Shown piece by piece: positions 48,892-58,464 of a stretch of DNA of 64,000 nucleotides; position 1 is the first letter of the stretch; every line of letters begins with the position of its first letter. Source of the DNA: an uncultured Chloroflexia bacterium (GTDB lineage Bacteria; Chloroflexota; Limnocylindria; QHBO01); assembly GCA_963825525.1 (NCBI GenBank), contig CAWGTN010000002.1:608001-672000 (forward strand), written 5' to 3'. Both the position numbers and the translations under genes were made by a program. The notes beneath the pieces are model-generated. The model saw only the letters and a list, made by a program, of their open reading frames with translations, did no database searches and had not been told where the DNA came from.

Positions 48892-49684
48892 TCAGGCCAG
48901 CCGGGTGAGGATCGCCTCCCGATCGAAGATCCAGCTGCCGACGGCCAGCACGAGCCCGATGAGCAGCGCGACCACGAGGTCGCCGATGATCACCTGCTGC
49001 ATGGTGAATGACGCCTGCCCGCTGAAGAATCCGGCGATCGCCACCCCGATCACCGGCAGCACGATGAAGCCGCCGATCTGCTGCGCCGTCCGAGCGTCGT
49101 TCACGCGCGACGACACCACGATCCCCAGCAGCACGCTCAGCAGGCAGATGAGTGGCACCAGGGTCAGCATGGCGACCTTCCAGACGTCGTTGAAGATGAG
49201 CTTCGTCAATGCCGGATCCGCGATCGCGCCGTTGACCAGGCCGTACAGGAGGAAGACGATCCAGGTGGCCAGCACGGCCGGCGCCGCGGCGCTGATCGCT
49301 TTGCCCGCGAGGAGCTCACTGACCTCCATCGGCGTCGCCAGCTGCGGCTCGAGAGACCGAGCCGTCTTCTCGCCGATGACCGACTGGGTGGCGATCGCCA
49401 TCGGCACCATGGCCGGGATGAGGAGGAAATAGGCCATGAAGTTCAGTACGATGAAACCCTGGGCCGCCAGCTTGGGCGAGAGGTCCGGGAACTGGCTGAT
49501 GTACTGCTGAATCTGGCCCATCTGCTGTCGGATCGAGCTCGTTGATCTGGATGAATGCCACGATGCCGGTCGGGATCGAGGCGAAGATGAGGGCCGGAAA
49601 GACCACCGCGCCCAGCAGCAGCCGATTGGCGAGGAGGTCGCGAACCTCCTTGCCGAGCACGGCCGCGATCATCCACGGACGCAT
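48892..49684 (-). CDS. ABC-2 type permease; frameshift ~49525
   Basis: MRPWMIAAVLGKE N-terminus in one frame and SVIGEKTARSLEPQLATP..FDREAILTRL in another. Confidence 0.8.
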
Positions 49685-50631
49685 CAGGCACCTCCCGTCC
49701 CGCGGCGCCGGCCTCGCCGACCAGGTCCAGGTACACCTGCTCGAGGGTGGCCGCCTCCTCGTTGACCGCCACGATCCGCGCCCCTGCCGCCGACAAGCGC
49801 GCGAACGAGCTCCGGATTGTCGCCGCGCGGGTCACGAACCTCGACCCGCAGCGTTCCGTCCACCGCCTGAGCCGCTTCCACGAACGGCAGCTCGGCCAGC
49901 ATGTCCAGGAACGAGGCGGGCCGGCGCGCCCCGACCAGCTCGACGCGGACCTGTGCCGAACGGCCCTGCCGGCGCAGACGGGCCGGCGTGTCCACCAGGA
50001 GCAGCGTGCTGCGCATGATCCCGATGCGGTCGCACAGGCGCTCCGCCTCGTCGAGGTTGTGGGTGCAGACCACGATCGAGCGGCCGGCGTCGCGCAGGGT
50101 GGCCACGAAGTCGCGGACCATCTTGGCCGCCGACGGGTCGAGTGCGCTGGTCGGCTCGTCGAGGTAGACGACCTCCGGCTCGTGGAGCAGGGCGCGGGCG
50201 ATTGCCACCTTCTGCCGCATCCCCTTGCTGAACCCGCCGACCCGGCGGTCGCCGGCATCCGGCAAGCCGACAATCGCCAGGTAGCGATCGACGGCACGAC
50301 GCAGGTTGGCGCCGCGCAGGCCGTAGAGGCGGCCGTAGTACCCGAGGTTCTGGCGCGCCGTCAGCTTGTCGTGCAGGCCGGGGGCCTCGGTGAGGATGCC
50401 GGTCGTCGCCCGGATCCGCTGGGAGTCCGTCGCCGAGCGTCATGCCGTTGATGCGGGCCGGCCCGTCGGACGGCCCGATCAGACCGGCCAGCATGCGCAC
50501 CGAGGTGGTCTTGCCGGCGCCGTTCGGCCCCAGGATGCCGAAGATCTCGCCGTCGCCGACCGTGAAGCTGAGGTCACGCACGGCGGTCGAGCGTCGCGAA
50601 AGCGCTTCGTGAGCCCGATCGACTCGATCAT
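49684..50631 (-). CDS. ABC transporter ATP-binding protein; several frameshifts
   Basis: MIESIGLTKRF, LGPNGAGKTT, FSKGMRQKV..LDEPTSALD..THNLDEAE and EAATLEQVYL lie in successive different frames. Confidence 0.8.
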
Positions 50632-51419
50632 CGGACCAGCGCTCGATCCAGGATCCCGCCGAGGCGAGCCCACACGCGTTCGCCGGCGCCGGGCCGCCCG
50701 TCGCCGGTGAGCGCCCGGTCGAAGGCCCGCGTCCCGCGACGTTCGTCCGCCGCCACCACGCCGTCCGAGAGGCGGACCACGCGGTCCGTCGCTCCGGCGA
50801 TGCCGGCGTCGTGGGTCACGATGATGATCGTCACCCCGCGCTCGCGGTTCAGGCCGCGCAGCGTGCTCATGATGCTCTCCGAGGTGGCCGAGTCGAGCTC
50901 GCCGGTCGGCTCATCGGCCAGGACCACCGCCGGGTCGTTCACCAGGGCGCGCGCGATTGCCACGCGCTGCTGCTCTCCGCCGGACAGCTCGGTCGGGCGA
51001 TGGCCGGCCCGGTCGGCGAGCCCGACCAGCTCGAGCAGCGCCACGGCCTCGCGGCGCGCCCCGCGGCGTCGCGGACCGTAGCGCAGCGGCAGCATGACGT
51101 TCTCGATGGCGGTGAGCGTCGGGATGAGGTTGAACTCCTGGAACACGAAGCCGATGCGCTCTCGGCGAATCGTGGCCAACTCGCCATCGGACGCGCCGAT
51201 GACGGTGCGGCCATCGATCGCCAGCTCCCCGTCGGTCGGTCGCAGGAGGCATCCCAGCAGATCCAGCAGCGTCGTCTTGCCCGAGCCGGATCGGCCCATG
51301 ATCGCCATGAACTCCCCCGCCTCGCACCCGAAGCAGATGCCGTCCACCGCGCGGACCTCGCTCGCGCCGCGCCGGTAGACCTTCCTCAGGTCGGCCGCTT
51401 CCAGGATGACGTCGGTCAT
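50628..51419 (-). CDS. ABC transporter ATP-binding protein (LolD-like)
   Basis: GRSGSGKTT, GFVFQEFNL, LSGGEQQRV and LADEPTGELD. Confidence 0.93.
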   Translation of the reverse strand: MTDVILEAADLRKVYRRGASEVRAVDGICFGCEAGEFMAIMGRSGSGKTTLLDLLGCLLRPTDGELAIDGRTVIGASDGELATIRRERIGFVFQEFNLIPTLTAIENVMLPLRYGPRRRGARREAVALLELVGLADRAGHRPTELSGGEQQRVAIARALVNDPAVVLADEPTGELDSATSESIMSTLRGLNRERGVTIIIVTHDAGIAGATDRVVRLSDGVVAADERRGTRAFDRALTGDGRPGAGERVWARLGGILDRALVR

Positions 51420-51438
51420 CAGGCTGATCGTCCTGCGG

Positions 51439-51616
51439 CTCGATAGATGGAGGGATACGCACGGGAGACGTTCGGGACGTGCGGATCCCGCGATAGATCG
51501 AGTACGTGCTCGCAGGAGCGACCCGCCGGCGCGGCGTCCACGCGTGGCTGCATCCCATATATCGCGGGATTCGCACCCGGGCGCACCGTCACGTGAAATT
51601 CCCGCGATCCGTCGAA
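51439..51616. repeat. Intergenic array of four ~24-bp repeats in alternating orientation (two hairpin doublets), REPIN/BIME-like
   Basis: Cores cgatagatgg 51441, cgatagatcg 51491, ccatatatcg 51555 and cgatccgtcg 51605, spaced 50/64/50. Arms gggatNcgcac / gtgcgNatccc. Confidence 0.8.
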
Positions 51617-51633
51617 GCGAGTCAGGGGGCTCA

Positions 51634-52798
51634 TCACGTGCTCCGCAGCGCGGTCACGGGGTCGAGCCGCGCGGCGCGCAGCGCCGGATAGATGCCGGCC
51701 AGTGCACCCAGGATCGTGGCGAACAGGAAGCTCCGCAGCAGGAGCCAGGGGGTGAGGAGGAACACGCTCGTCCCCGATCCGGCCGTCTGCGCGTTGAGGA
51801 TCAGCACGAGCAGCGCCCCGAGCCCCAGCCCGAGGAGCCCGCCGATGGCCCCGAGCAGCGTCGCCTCGATGAGGAACTCGCGCAGGATGGCCCGTGTCGG
51901 AGCGCCGACCGCCTTCTTGATGCCGATCTCGCGCACGCGCTCGCTGACCGTCATCACCATCGTGTTGATGACCGAGAGCCCGCCGACGATGACCGCGATG
52001 ACGCTGGCCCCCACGATGATGAGGTTGAAGACGATGCTGGCCTGGCCGATCTGGTCGGCGACCTCCTCCGGGGTGACGGCACGCACGCCATCGACGGCGT
52101 CGGTGATCGCGGCGGCGATCGCATCGGCCTCGCCAAGGTCCTCGGGGAATACCTCGATCTGGGTCGCCAGGGCATCGGTCCGTTCCTGGAAGGCGTCCGG
52201 CACGGACGCCACGTAGATCTGCTGCGCATCGGCCAGTGGCACGTAGGCGATCTTGTCGGGGAAGGTCAGCGTCCGCTCGAGCACCCCGACGACGTCGAAC
52301 GACTCGTCGCGCATCGTGAACGTGTCGCCGACTCGCAGATCGTAGCGCTCCGCCAGGTCAGCGCCGATCACGGTGACGCCGTGCTCATCGGCCCCCAGCA
52401 GCCGGCCGGCGTCCAGCCGAAGCTCGACCGCCTCGTCGTACCACGTCTCGGGCTCGATGCCGGTGAGGAGCTCAGGGATGTCGAACCCGCCGACCTCGTC
52501 CGGGTTCAGCGAGCGTCTGGAGCACCGGCGTGGCGCGATCGACGCCGGGCAGCTCCTCGATCTTCTCGACCAGGTCGCGCGTGACCGGCCGCGAGCTGGC
52601 CTGGAACCCTGACGCGGCGCCCTCGTCGAACACGAAGATGCGCGTTCGGAAGTACTCGTCGCCACCGTCCACCAGGACGTTGAGCTTCTCGGCCAGCGCC
52701 CCCATCACCGTCAGCGCGAACACGCCGATCACGATCCCGAGAATCGTGAGGGCGGTGCGCAGCGGACGCCGCCAGATATTGCTGATGGCTTCGTTCAT
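51634..52798 (-). CDS. MacB/FtsX-like ABC permease; frameshift ~52515
   Basis: NIWRRPLRTALTILGIVIGV N-terminus, then NTMVMTVSERVREIGIKKAVGA and YPALRAARLDPVTALR in a second frame. Confidence 0.85.
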
Positions 52799-52886
52799 GG
52801 GCTACGCGGATGCTAGCCGGGATCGGCGCTCGCCGCCCGAGGACCACCGGCGCGATCGATGCGGCCATTCGGATACGCTGGCGGGC

Positions 52887-53415
52887 ATGGAAGAGCACAC
52901 GATCTCAAGCACGCGTCCGTGGAGCGGGCGAACGGGTGCGCGTCCGGGTCGACGCCGTCGAGCGTTCGGACGGGCATCGCACCACCCGCGAGGTGATCGA
53001 ACATCCCGGCGCGGTGGCCATCCTCGCCTGGGACGGCGCGCGGCTGGCGATGGTCCGGCAGTGGCGTCACGCGACCGGTCAGGAGCTGCTCGAGATCCCC
53101 GCCGGCACGCTGGAGCCTGGCGAGCCTCCTGGGGAGACGGCCCGGCGTGAGCTGGCCGAGGAGATGGGCCTGGCCGCCGAGACGTGGGTCAGGGGGCCGT
53201 CCTTCTACACGGCCCCGGGGTTCTGCACCGAGCTCATGCACCTGTTCCTGGCCACGGATCTCCGCGATGCACCCGGCGAAGCCGACGCCGATGAGCGCCT
53301 CGACCCCTCCTGGATGGACCTGGCCGATGCCCTGGCGGCGGTCGACGATGGCCGAATCATCGATGCCAAGACCATGGCCGCGGTCGGCTGGCTGGAGCGA
53401 CGCCTCCGAGACTGA
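52887..53415 (+). CDS. nudF: ADP-ribose pyrophosphatase-like NUDIX hydrolase; frameshift ~52930
   Basis: MEEHTISS..WSGR, then frame change to VRVD..REVIEHPGAV..VRQWR..LEIPAG..ARRELAEEMG..PGFCTE..DAKT. Confidence 0.8.
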
Positions 53416-53425
53416 ACCCGCGGGG

Positions 53426-53441
53426 TGGCACGCCGGTTGCC
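53426..53441 (+). promoter_or_regulatory. Sigma54 -24/-12 promoter (topoisomerase IB gene), consensus match
   Basis: TGGCACGCCGGTTGCC = TGGCAC-N5-TTGC. Predicted +1 is ~53452, next to ATG 53454. Confidence 0.72.
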
Positions 53442-53453
53442 ATGCAGCGTCAC

Positions 53454-54539
53454 ATGACACTCGAGCTCGACGATCCACAGGCGGCCGCGGAAGACGCGGG
53501 GCTTCGCTACGTGTCCGACCTGATGCCGGGCGTTCGCCGTCGACGCGCCGGGAAGGGCTTCACGTACATCGGGCCGGACGGCAGCAGGATCACCGACGAC
53601 GCTCGGATCGCCTGGTTCCGTCGCCTCGCCATCCCCCCGGCCTGGACGGACGTGTGGATCTCTCCGGTCAAGAACGGGCACATCCAGGCCATCGGACGCG
53701 ACGCGCGGGGACGAAAGCAATACCGCTATCACCCGCGATGGCGCGAGGTGCGCGACCAGGCGAAGTACGGCCGGTTGATCGAGTTCGCGCGGGCACTACC
53801 CCGGATCCGGCGTCGGACCGAGCGCGACCTTCGACGCCGGGGCCTTCCGCGCGAGAAGGTGCTGGCACTCGTGATCCGGCTGCTCGAGGCCTCGCTCATC
53901 CGGGTCGGCAACGACGAGTACGCGCGAGAGAACCGCAGCTACGGCCTGTCGACGATGCGCGACCGCCACGTCGAGGTTCGTGGCGCGCGGATCCGGTTCC
54001 GGTTCCGCGGCAAGTCGGGGAAGGAGCACGAGGTCGAAGTGCTCGACCGCCGGCTGGCCCGCCTCGTCAAGCAATGCCAGGAGCTGCCCGGCCAGGAGCT
54101 CTTCCAGTACCTGGACTCCGACGGGGCTCGGCAGGATGTGACGTCGGGCGACGTCAACGACTATCTGCGCGAGGCCAGCGGTGACGACTTCACTGCCAAG
54201 GACTTCAGGACGTGGGCGGGCACCGTCGCCGCATCCATGGCACTCCAGGAGTTCGTCGAGATCGACGACGAGGCCGGACGAAAGAAGGCGATCGTGCGGG
54301 CAATCGAGGACGTGGCCGAACAGCTCGGCAACACGCCGACCGTGTGTCGGGCCTGCTACGTCCATCCGGACGTGCTCGACTCCTATCTGGACGGGACGTT
54401 GATCGAAGCACTGTCCGAGCGTGCCCGTGGGATCGGGCGCGGGGCCCACGCCCTCCGGCGCGAGGAAGCCGCCGTGCTGGGGCTCCTCCAGGCACGTCTG
54501 GCACGCGAACGCCGAGCGGGACGCCGCGAAGCCGCCTGA
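53454..54539 (+). CDS. DNA topoisomerase IB (bacterial, poxvirus-like)
   Basis: LAIPPAWTDVWI, GRKQYRYH, IRVGNDEY (Arg), FRGKSGK (Lys), AKDFRTW and LGNTPTVCRACYVHP (Tyr). Confidence 0.93.
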   Translation: MTLELDDPQAAAEDAGLRYVSDLMPGVRRRRAGKGFTYIGPDGSRITDDARIAWFRRLAIPPAWTDVWISPVKNGHIQAIGRDARGRKQYRYHPRWREVRDQAKYGRLIEFARALPRIRRRTERDLRRRGLPREKVLALVIRLLEASLIRVGNDEYARENRSYGLSTMRDRHVEVRGARIRFRFRGKSGKEHEVEVLDRRLARLVKQCQELPGQELFQYLDSDGARQDVTSGDVNDYLREASGDDFTAKDFRTWAGTVAASMALQEFVEIDDEAGRKKAIVRAIEDVAEQLGNTPTVCRACYVHPDVLDSYLDGTLIEALSERARGIGRGAHALRREEAAVLGLLQARLARERRAGRREAA

Positions 54540-54545
54540 CGTCGA

Positions 54546-54926
54546 TCAGGCGGCGCGGATGACGCGCTCCAGGGCCCGCCGATACGTCTCGTTCTCCGGA
54601 TCGAGCAGGACGGCCATCCGCAGGTGGCGCCGGGCGGCCATGGCGTCCCCCAGCCGCGCGCTCGACAGACCGAGGCCGAAATGCGCGTAGTGGGCAACCG
54701 GGTCGGCGTCCACGATGGCGGCGAACCGCCGGGCGGCGGACGCGTGGTCACCCTGGTTGAAGTACGCCTGGCCGAGAGCTTCCAGGATCGACGCCTTCCC
54801 CGGCTCGAGGGCAAGAGCTCGTTCGAGCAGCACGGCCGCAGCCCCGGGATGGCGCTCGGCGAGCATCCGTGTCCCGCGCTGGAACAGCTCGTAGGCAGAT
54901 TCGCGAGATTCGGGACTGGGTTCCAT
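54546..54926 (-). CDS. Tetratricopeptide repeat protein
   Basis: LERALALEP..LEALGQAYF..DP..YAHFGLGL..AVLLDP. Confidence 0.82.
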   Translation of the reverse strand: MEPSPESRESAYELFQRGTRMLAERHPGAAAVLLERALALEPGKASILEALGQAYFNQGDHASAARRFAAIVDADPVAHYAHFGLGLSSARLGDAMAARRHLRMAVLLDPENETYRRALERVIRAA

Positions 54927-54935
54927 GCGTTCAGC

Positions 54936-55967
54936 CTAGCGCCGCAGGTCGATGCGCTCCAGCCGCGGATTCTCGGTGCGGCCGGGGATCCGCCCGCGCT
55001 TCGCGACCGGGCGACCATCGATCTCCTTGAGATCGCCGGTGAAGTCGATGGGGCTGGCCTTGCTGATGTAGCTGCCGACGGCGTACGAGTCCACCGGCGC
55101 GCCCGCGTCCCTGAAGACGCCGATGCGGTCCACGTCGATCCCACCCGAGACGACGATCTTGACGTTGGGGTGGCCTGCCTGGTCGAGCCGCGCGCGGACC
55201 TCCTTGACGAGCTCGGGCGTGACCCGCCCGCGCTCGCTGGGCGTGTCCAGGCGAACCCCCCACAGCCGATCTCCCAGGGCCTCGGCAACGCGCAGCGACT
55301 CCTCCGCCTCGTCCTTGAACGTGTCGACCAGCACGATGCGCGGCACGTCCGGATCGATGTGGCGATCGAATGCCTCGGCGGCGCGCACGGTGTCACCGAA
55401 GATGAGGACGAGCGCGTGCGGCATCGTCCCGGTCGGCGAGAGCCCCGCCAGTCGCGCCCCGGCCGGCGTCGAGGCGCCGATGCAGCCGCCCACCACGCTG
55501 GCATAGTCCATCTGGTCGGCGACGCTGGGGTGGACGTGGCGCGCCCCGAATCCGATGACCGGAACGGGCGCCGCGGCGTCCACGATGCGCCGAGCGGCGG
55601 TGGCCCAGCCTGATCCCGAGGCCAGGATGCCGAGGATCGCAGTCTCGTACAGCCCGAATGCCGAGTAGCGCGCCTGGATGCGGAGAACGACCTCCTTCGA
55701 ACCGAACCCGTCCCCGTCATGGAGGGACTCGACGATCGGCTCCGTGGCGCCGTTGGACTCCGCGAAGATCTCGCGCAGGTACGCGAGTGCCTCTTCCGCG
55801 CCGCACAGCACGCCCTCGCCGCGCGAGAAGATCTCCATGGTCACGAGCGGATCAAGGTTCTCGGCGGCCAGGATCGTCCGCGCTCGCTCGAAGTAGACGT
55901 CAGCGGTCTCGCCCGACAGCACGTCGGCGGCCGGCAGGAAGTGGGGCGATGGTCGCTCGGCGGTCAT
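54936..55967 (-). CDS. pncB: Nicotinate phosphoribosyltransferase
   Basis: TADVYF, YETAILG, FGARHVHP, GTMPHAL, LVDTF, GVRLDTP, VSGG and AVGS. Confidence 0.88.
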   Translation of the reverse strand: MTAERPSPHFLPAADVLSGETADVYFERARTILAAENLDPLVTMEIFSRGEGVLCGAEEALAYLREIFAESNGATEPIVESLHDGDGFGSKEVVLRIQARYSAFGLYETAILGILASGSGWATAARRIVDAAAPVPVIGFGARHVHPSVADQMDYASVVGGCIGASTPAGARLAGLSPTGTMPHALVLIFGDTVRAAEAFDRHIDPDVPRIVLVDTFKDEAEESLRVAEALGDRLWGVRLDTPSERGRVTPELVKEVRARLDQAGHPNVKIVVSGGIDVDRIGVFRDAGAPVDSYAVGSYISKASPIDFTGDLKEIDGRPVAKRGRIPGRTENPRLERIDLRR

Positions 55968-57898
55968 GGGGCAGTGTAGGCCGCGCGTCGCCGGAAGAGA
56001 ACCACGGCCAGCGCCGCCAGGACGACGACCACCAGGCCGGCACTGATCGCCCGCGCCCATCCACCGGCCTCGGCCGAGTCGATGATGCGCTGCGCCTCGC
56101 CGATGGCCTCGACCGAGCCCCGCAGGTCGCCATCGGCGAACCGGCCATTGGCCAGCGCGAGCTGCTGCGCCGGATCCTGCCCACCGATCAGACCCAGGCG
56201 CTCCAACAGCGAGCGTGGGGCGTTCACGGCGCCTCCCGTCGCAACGTAGGTCCGCACGACGGCGCGCTCGGCCTCGAGCTCGTCCTGCGCCTCCGGGCCG
56301 CCGCCGAACGATCGATAGGCCTGCTGCAGCCGCTCGGGCGCCGAGAGCCCGGCGGCTCGCATCTCTTCGAGCAGCGCATCGCGATCATCGAGCCAGGCGG
56401 CCGCATCGGCGATCCGGCCGCTCGCCTCGTCGAACTCCCACGCAACCATGACCGCGCGGATCGGGTCCGGCGCCCCCCATCCACCGGCGTGCTCGACCAG
56501 CGCGTCGAACTCGTCGCGCGCCTCGCGGCGTGCCGGGAGCAGGGCACGATCAGCGTCGGTGAACACGGACTGTGCAAATCGGTCCGAGACGTCAACGCCA
56601 CTCACGGTCTCGAGCTGGTCGAGGAAGGATCGACTCGTGAGCGGCGTCACGGGCTGAGTTCCCTCGGCCGGAGTATCGGTGCCGATGTCCCGCACTGCAT
56701 ATGGCCCGACCGACGCGGCGACGCGCGCGAGGGTGGCACGCAGCGCATCCGGCCCGACGGCCTCGCCCAGGTCCGCCATGAGCGCCCAGGCGGCGGCGTG
56801 CGCATAGCTCTCGGCGTCCGCCGTCTCGGCCGCGGACCAGGAGTCGAGCGGCAGCGCAGCATCGGCGCGGTCCCTCGCCTCGACCGCGGGATCGTACGGA
56901 AGATCGATCTCCAGGTCCGCGCTGATGCGCGCCGCCGCCTCGCTGGCCATGCCCTCCCGGATCCAGCGGCTCTCGATGAGACTCGGGGACAACCAGACGT
57001 GCGCCGCCTGGTGGACGGCAGTGAACGGCGGCTGGTCGAACGCCACGAGGATCTCGGAGCCGGCGGTCGCGCGCTCGGCGAAGCCGCTCGCGTCGGATGC
57101 CACGGTCTCGGTCACCACCAGGCCACCGACTCGGGAGTACGGCAGGCCGATCTCCGCTTCCAGGAGCGGCAGCGCGCGCTCGAGGAGCGCCAGCGTCCGC
57201 TCGCCCCACGGCTCGTCATCGGCGAATGACCGCACCTGGAGGTCGGCCGTACCCCCGTCGAGCGGGACGTTGGCGTCGAAGGTGGAGTACTCGCCGGGGC
57301 GGATGGCCGTGATCTGGGCGAGCCAGCGCGACGGGTCGTCGATGGGACCGCTGACCAGCCGATCGCCGGACGGGGTCAGCGAGTCTCCGTCCACCCGGAC
57401 CTCGTAGCCGTCCGGAATCGTGACGCTCACCTCGCTCGCCGTCCCGAAGCTCCAGGCCGGGAACACGACGACGGACGGTCGAATCCTCAGGTCGGGATCC
57501 GACCCGTCAGTGAGGAGGTAGTCCAGCTGAATCTCGACGCTCTCCTCGTATCGGAGGTCCTCGCGCAGATCGATGGTGGCGATGCTCACGCCGTCATTGA
57601 CAGCGACCGTGGCGTCCAGCTCACCCTCGGGGTCGCTGGCCGTGACCTCGGTAACCCCATCGTGAACAGCGACCGTGATCGCGCTGAACGTGCTGAATTG
57701 GCCCGCCGGGTCGGGCGTGGTATTCGTGAAGGCGAAGGCAACCGAGACGCCGATCTCCCCGTCGTCGGGCCGCACGTCATAGGCCGCAGTCGACTCGAGG
57801 GTGTACGGCGCCGCGGCGACCGGCGCGGGCGCCACGTTGAGGGCGCCGACGATCACGATGGCCGCGACGAGCGACCTGACGCTGCGACGGACGATCAC
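55964..57898 (-). CDS. Secreted, membrane-anchored gluzincin (M1-like) homolog with HQxxH instead of HExxH
   Basis: Signal peptide, AVHQAAHVW followed 13 residues later by WIREGMA, a helical region, and a C-terminal TM + RRR. Confidence 0.7.
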   Translation of the reverse strand: MIVRRSVRSLVAAIVIVGALNVAPAPVAAAPYTLESTAAYDVRPDDGEIGVSVAFAFTNTTPDPAGQFSTFSAITVAVHDGVTEVTASDPEGELDATVAVNDGVSIATIDLREDLRYEESVEIQLDYLLTDGSDPDLRIRPSVVVFPAWSFGTASEVSVTIPDGYEVRVDGDSLTPSGDRLVSGPIDDPSRWLAQITAIRPGEYSTFDANVPLDGGTADLQVRSFADDEPWGERTLALLERALPLLEAEIGLPYSRVGGLVVTETVASDASGFAERATAGSEILVAFDQPPFTAVHQAAHVWLSPSLIESRWIREGMASEAAARISADLEIDLPYDPAVEARDRADAALPLDSWSAAETADAESYAHAAAWALMADLGEAVGPDALRATLARVAASVGPYAVRDIGTDTPAEGTQPVTPLTSRSFLDQLETVSGVDVSDRFAQSVFTDADRALLPARREARDEFDALVEHAGGWGAPDPIRAVMVAWEFDEASGRIADAAAWLDDRDALLEEMRAAGLSAPERLQQAYRSFGGGPEAQDELEAERAVVRTYVATGGAVNAPRSLLERLGLIGGQDPAQQLALANGRFADGDLRGSVEAIGEAQRIIDSAEAGGWARAISAGLVVVVLAALAVVLFRRRAAYTAP

Positions 57899-58464
57899 AG
57901 GCGCGCCAGCAACCGAGTGAGAATGCCCCGCCGCGGCGTGCGAGGCCTTGGTGCCTCCCATGCCGGCATGGCCGACGTGACCTCGGCCCGATATCGCTCC
58001 AGCAGCGCTCGATTTCGGGACGCGCGCCCACCCCAATCCGGCAGGACGCCGCGATCGGCGACGGCCGTGGCGGTCTCCTCGAGAAGACGATCGGCAACGA
58101 TCGCGAGGCGAGCAACACCGCGTCCGAGCTCGTCCCGATTGACGGCCGCGGCCGGGAGCTCGGTCATGAGCATCGGTCGGTCGTCATCGGTCATCGCGAA
58201 CTTCACGAACGGGTAATCAAAATTGGCGCGCAGCATTCGGGCATAGATGCGTTTGGGGATCTCCATCGCCTCGAGCCCATAGTATGCCCACAGTGAGCAG
58301 CCGACCCCGTCGACCCACGCCACGGTCAGCCGCAGGTCAAAGCGCCGATCACCATCGACCATCAGATCCCGGCTGAATGCCGGATCGGCGGGGGCGCCGG
58401 CGCTGGCGATGATTTCGAGGCCGAGCTCGCTGAGCCAGCCGTCGATCGACGCTCCGTTGCTCAC
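57895..58464 (-). CDS. YbjN-like domain protein
   Basis: DGDRRFDLRLT..YARMLRANFDYPFVKF..LMTELP. GTGA overlaps on both sides. Confidence 0.65.
   Translation of the reverse strand: MSNGASIDGWLSELGLEIIASAGAPADPAFSRDLMVDGDRRFDLRLTVAWVDGVGCSLWAYYGLEAMEIPKRIYARMLRANFDYPFVKFAMTDDDRPMLMTELPAAAVNRDELGRGVARLAIVADRLLEETATAVADRGVLPDWGGRASRNRALLERYRAEVTSAMPAWEAPRPRTPRRGILTRLLARL

Noticed and set aside
51419-51637. 72-aa ORF bridging the permease and ATPase
   Set aside because: It lies entirely over repeat array B, has poor codon bias and no recognisable motif. It is not fully excluded because it abuts both neighbours.
49525-52930. Programmed frameshifting or phase variation in the ABC and NUDIX genes
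   Set aside because: The breaks are not at slippery heptamers or long homopolymers and cluster regionally. Assembly error is more parsimonious.
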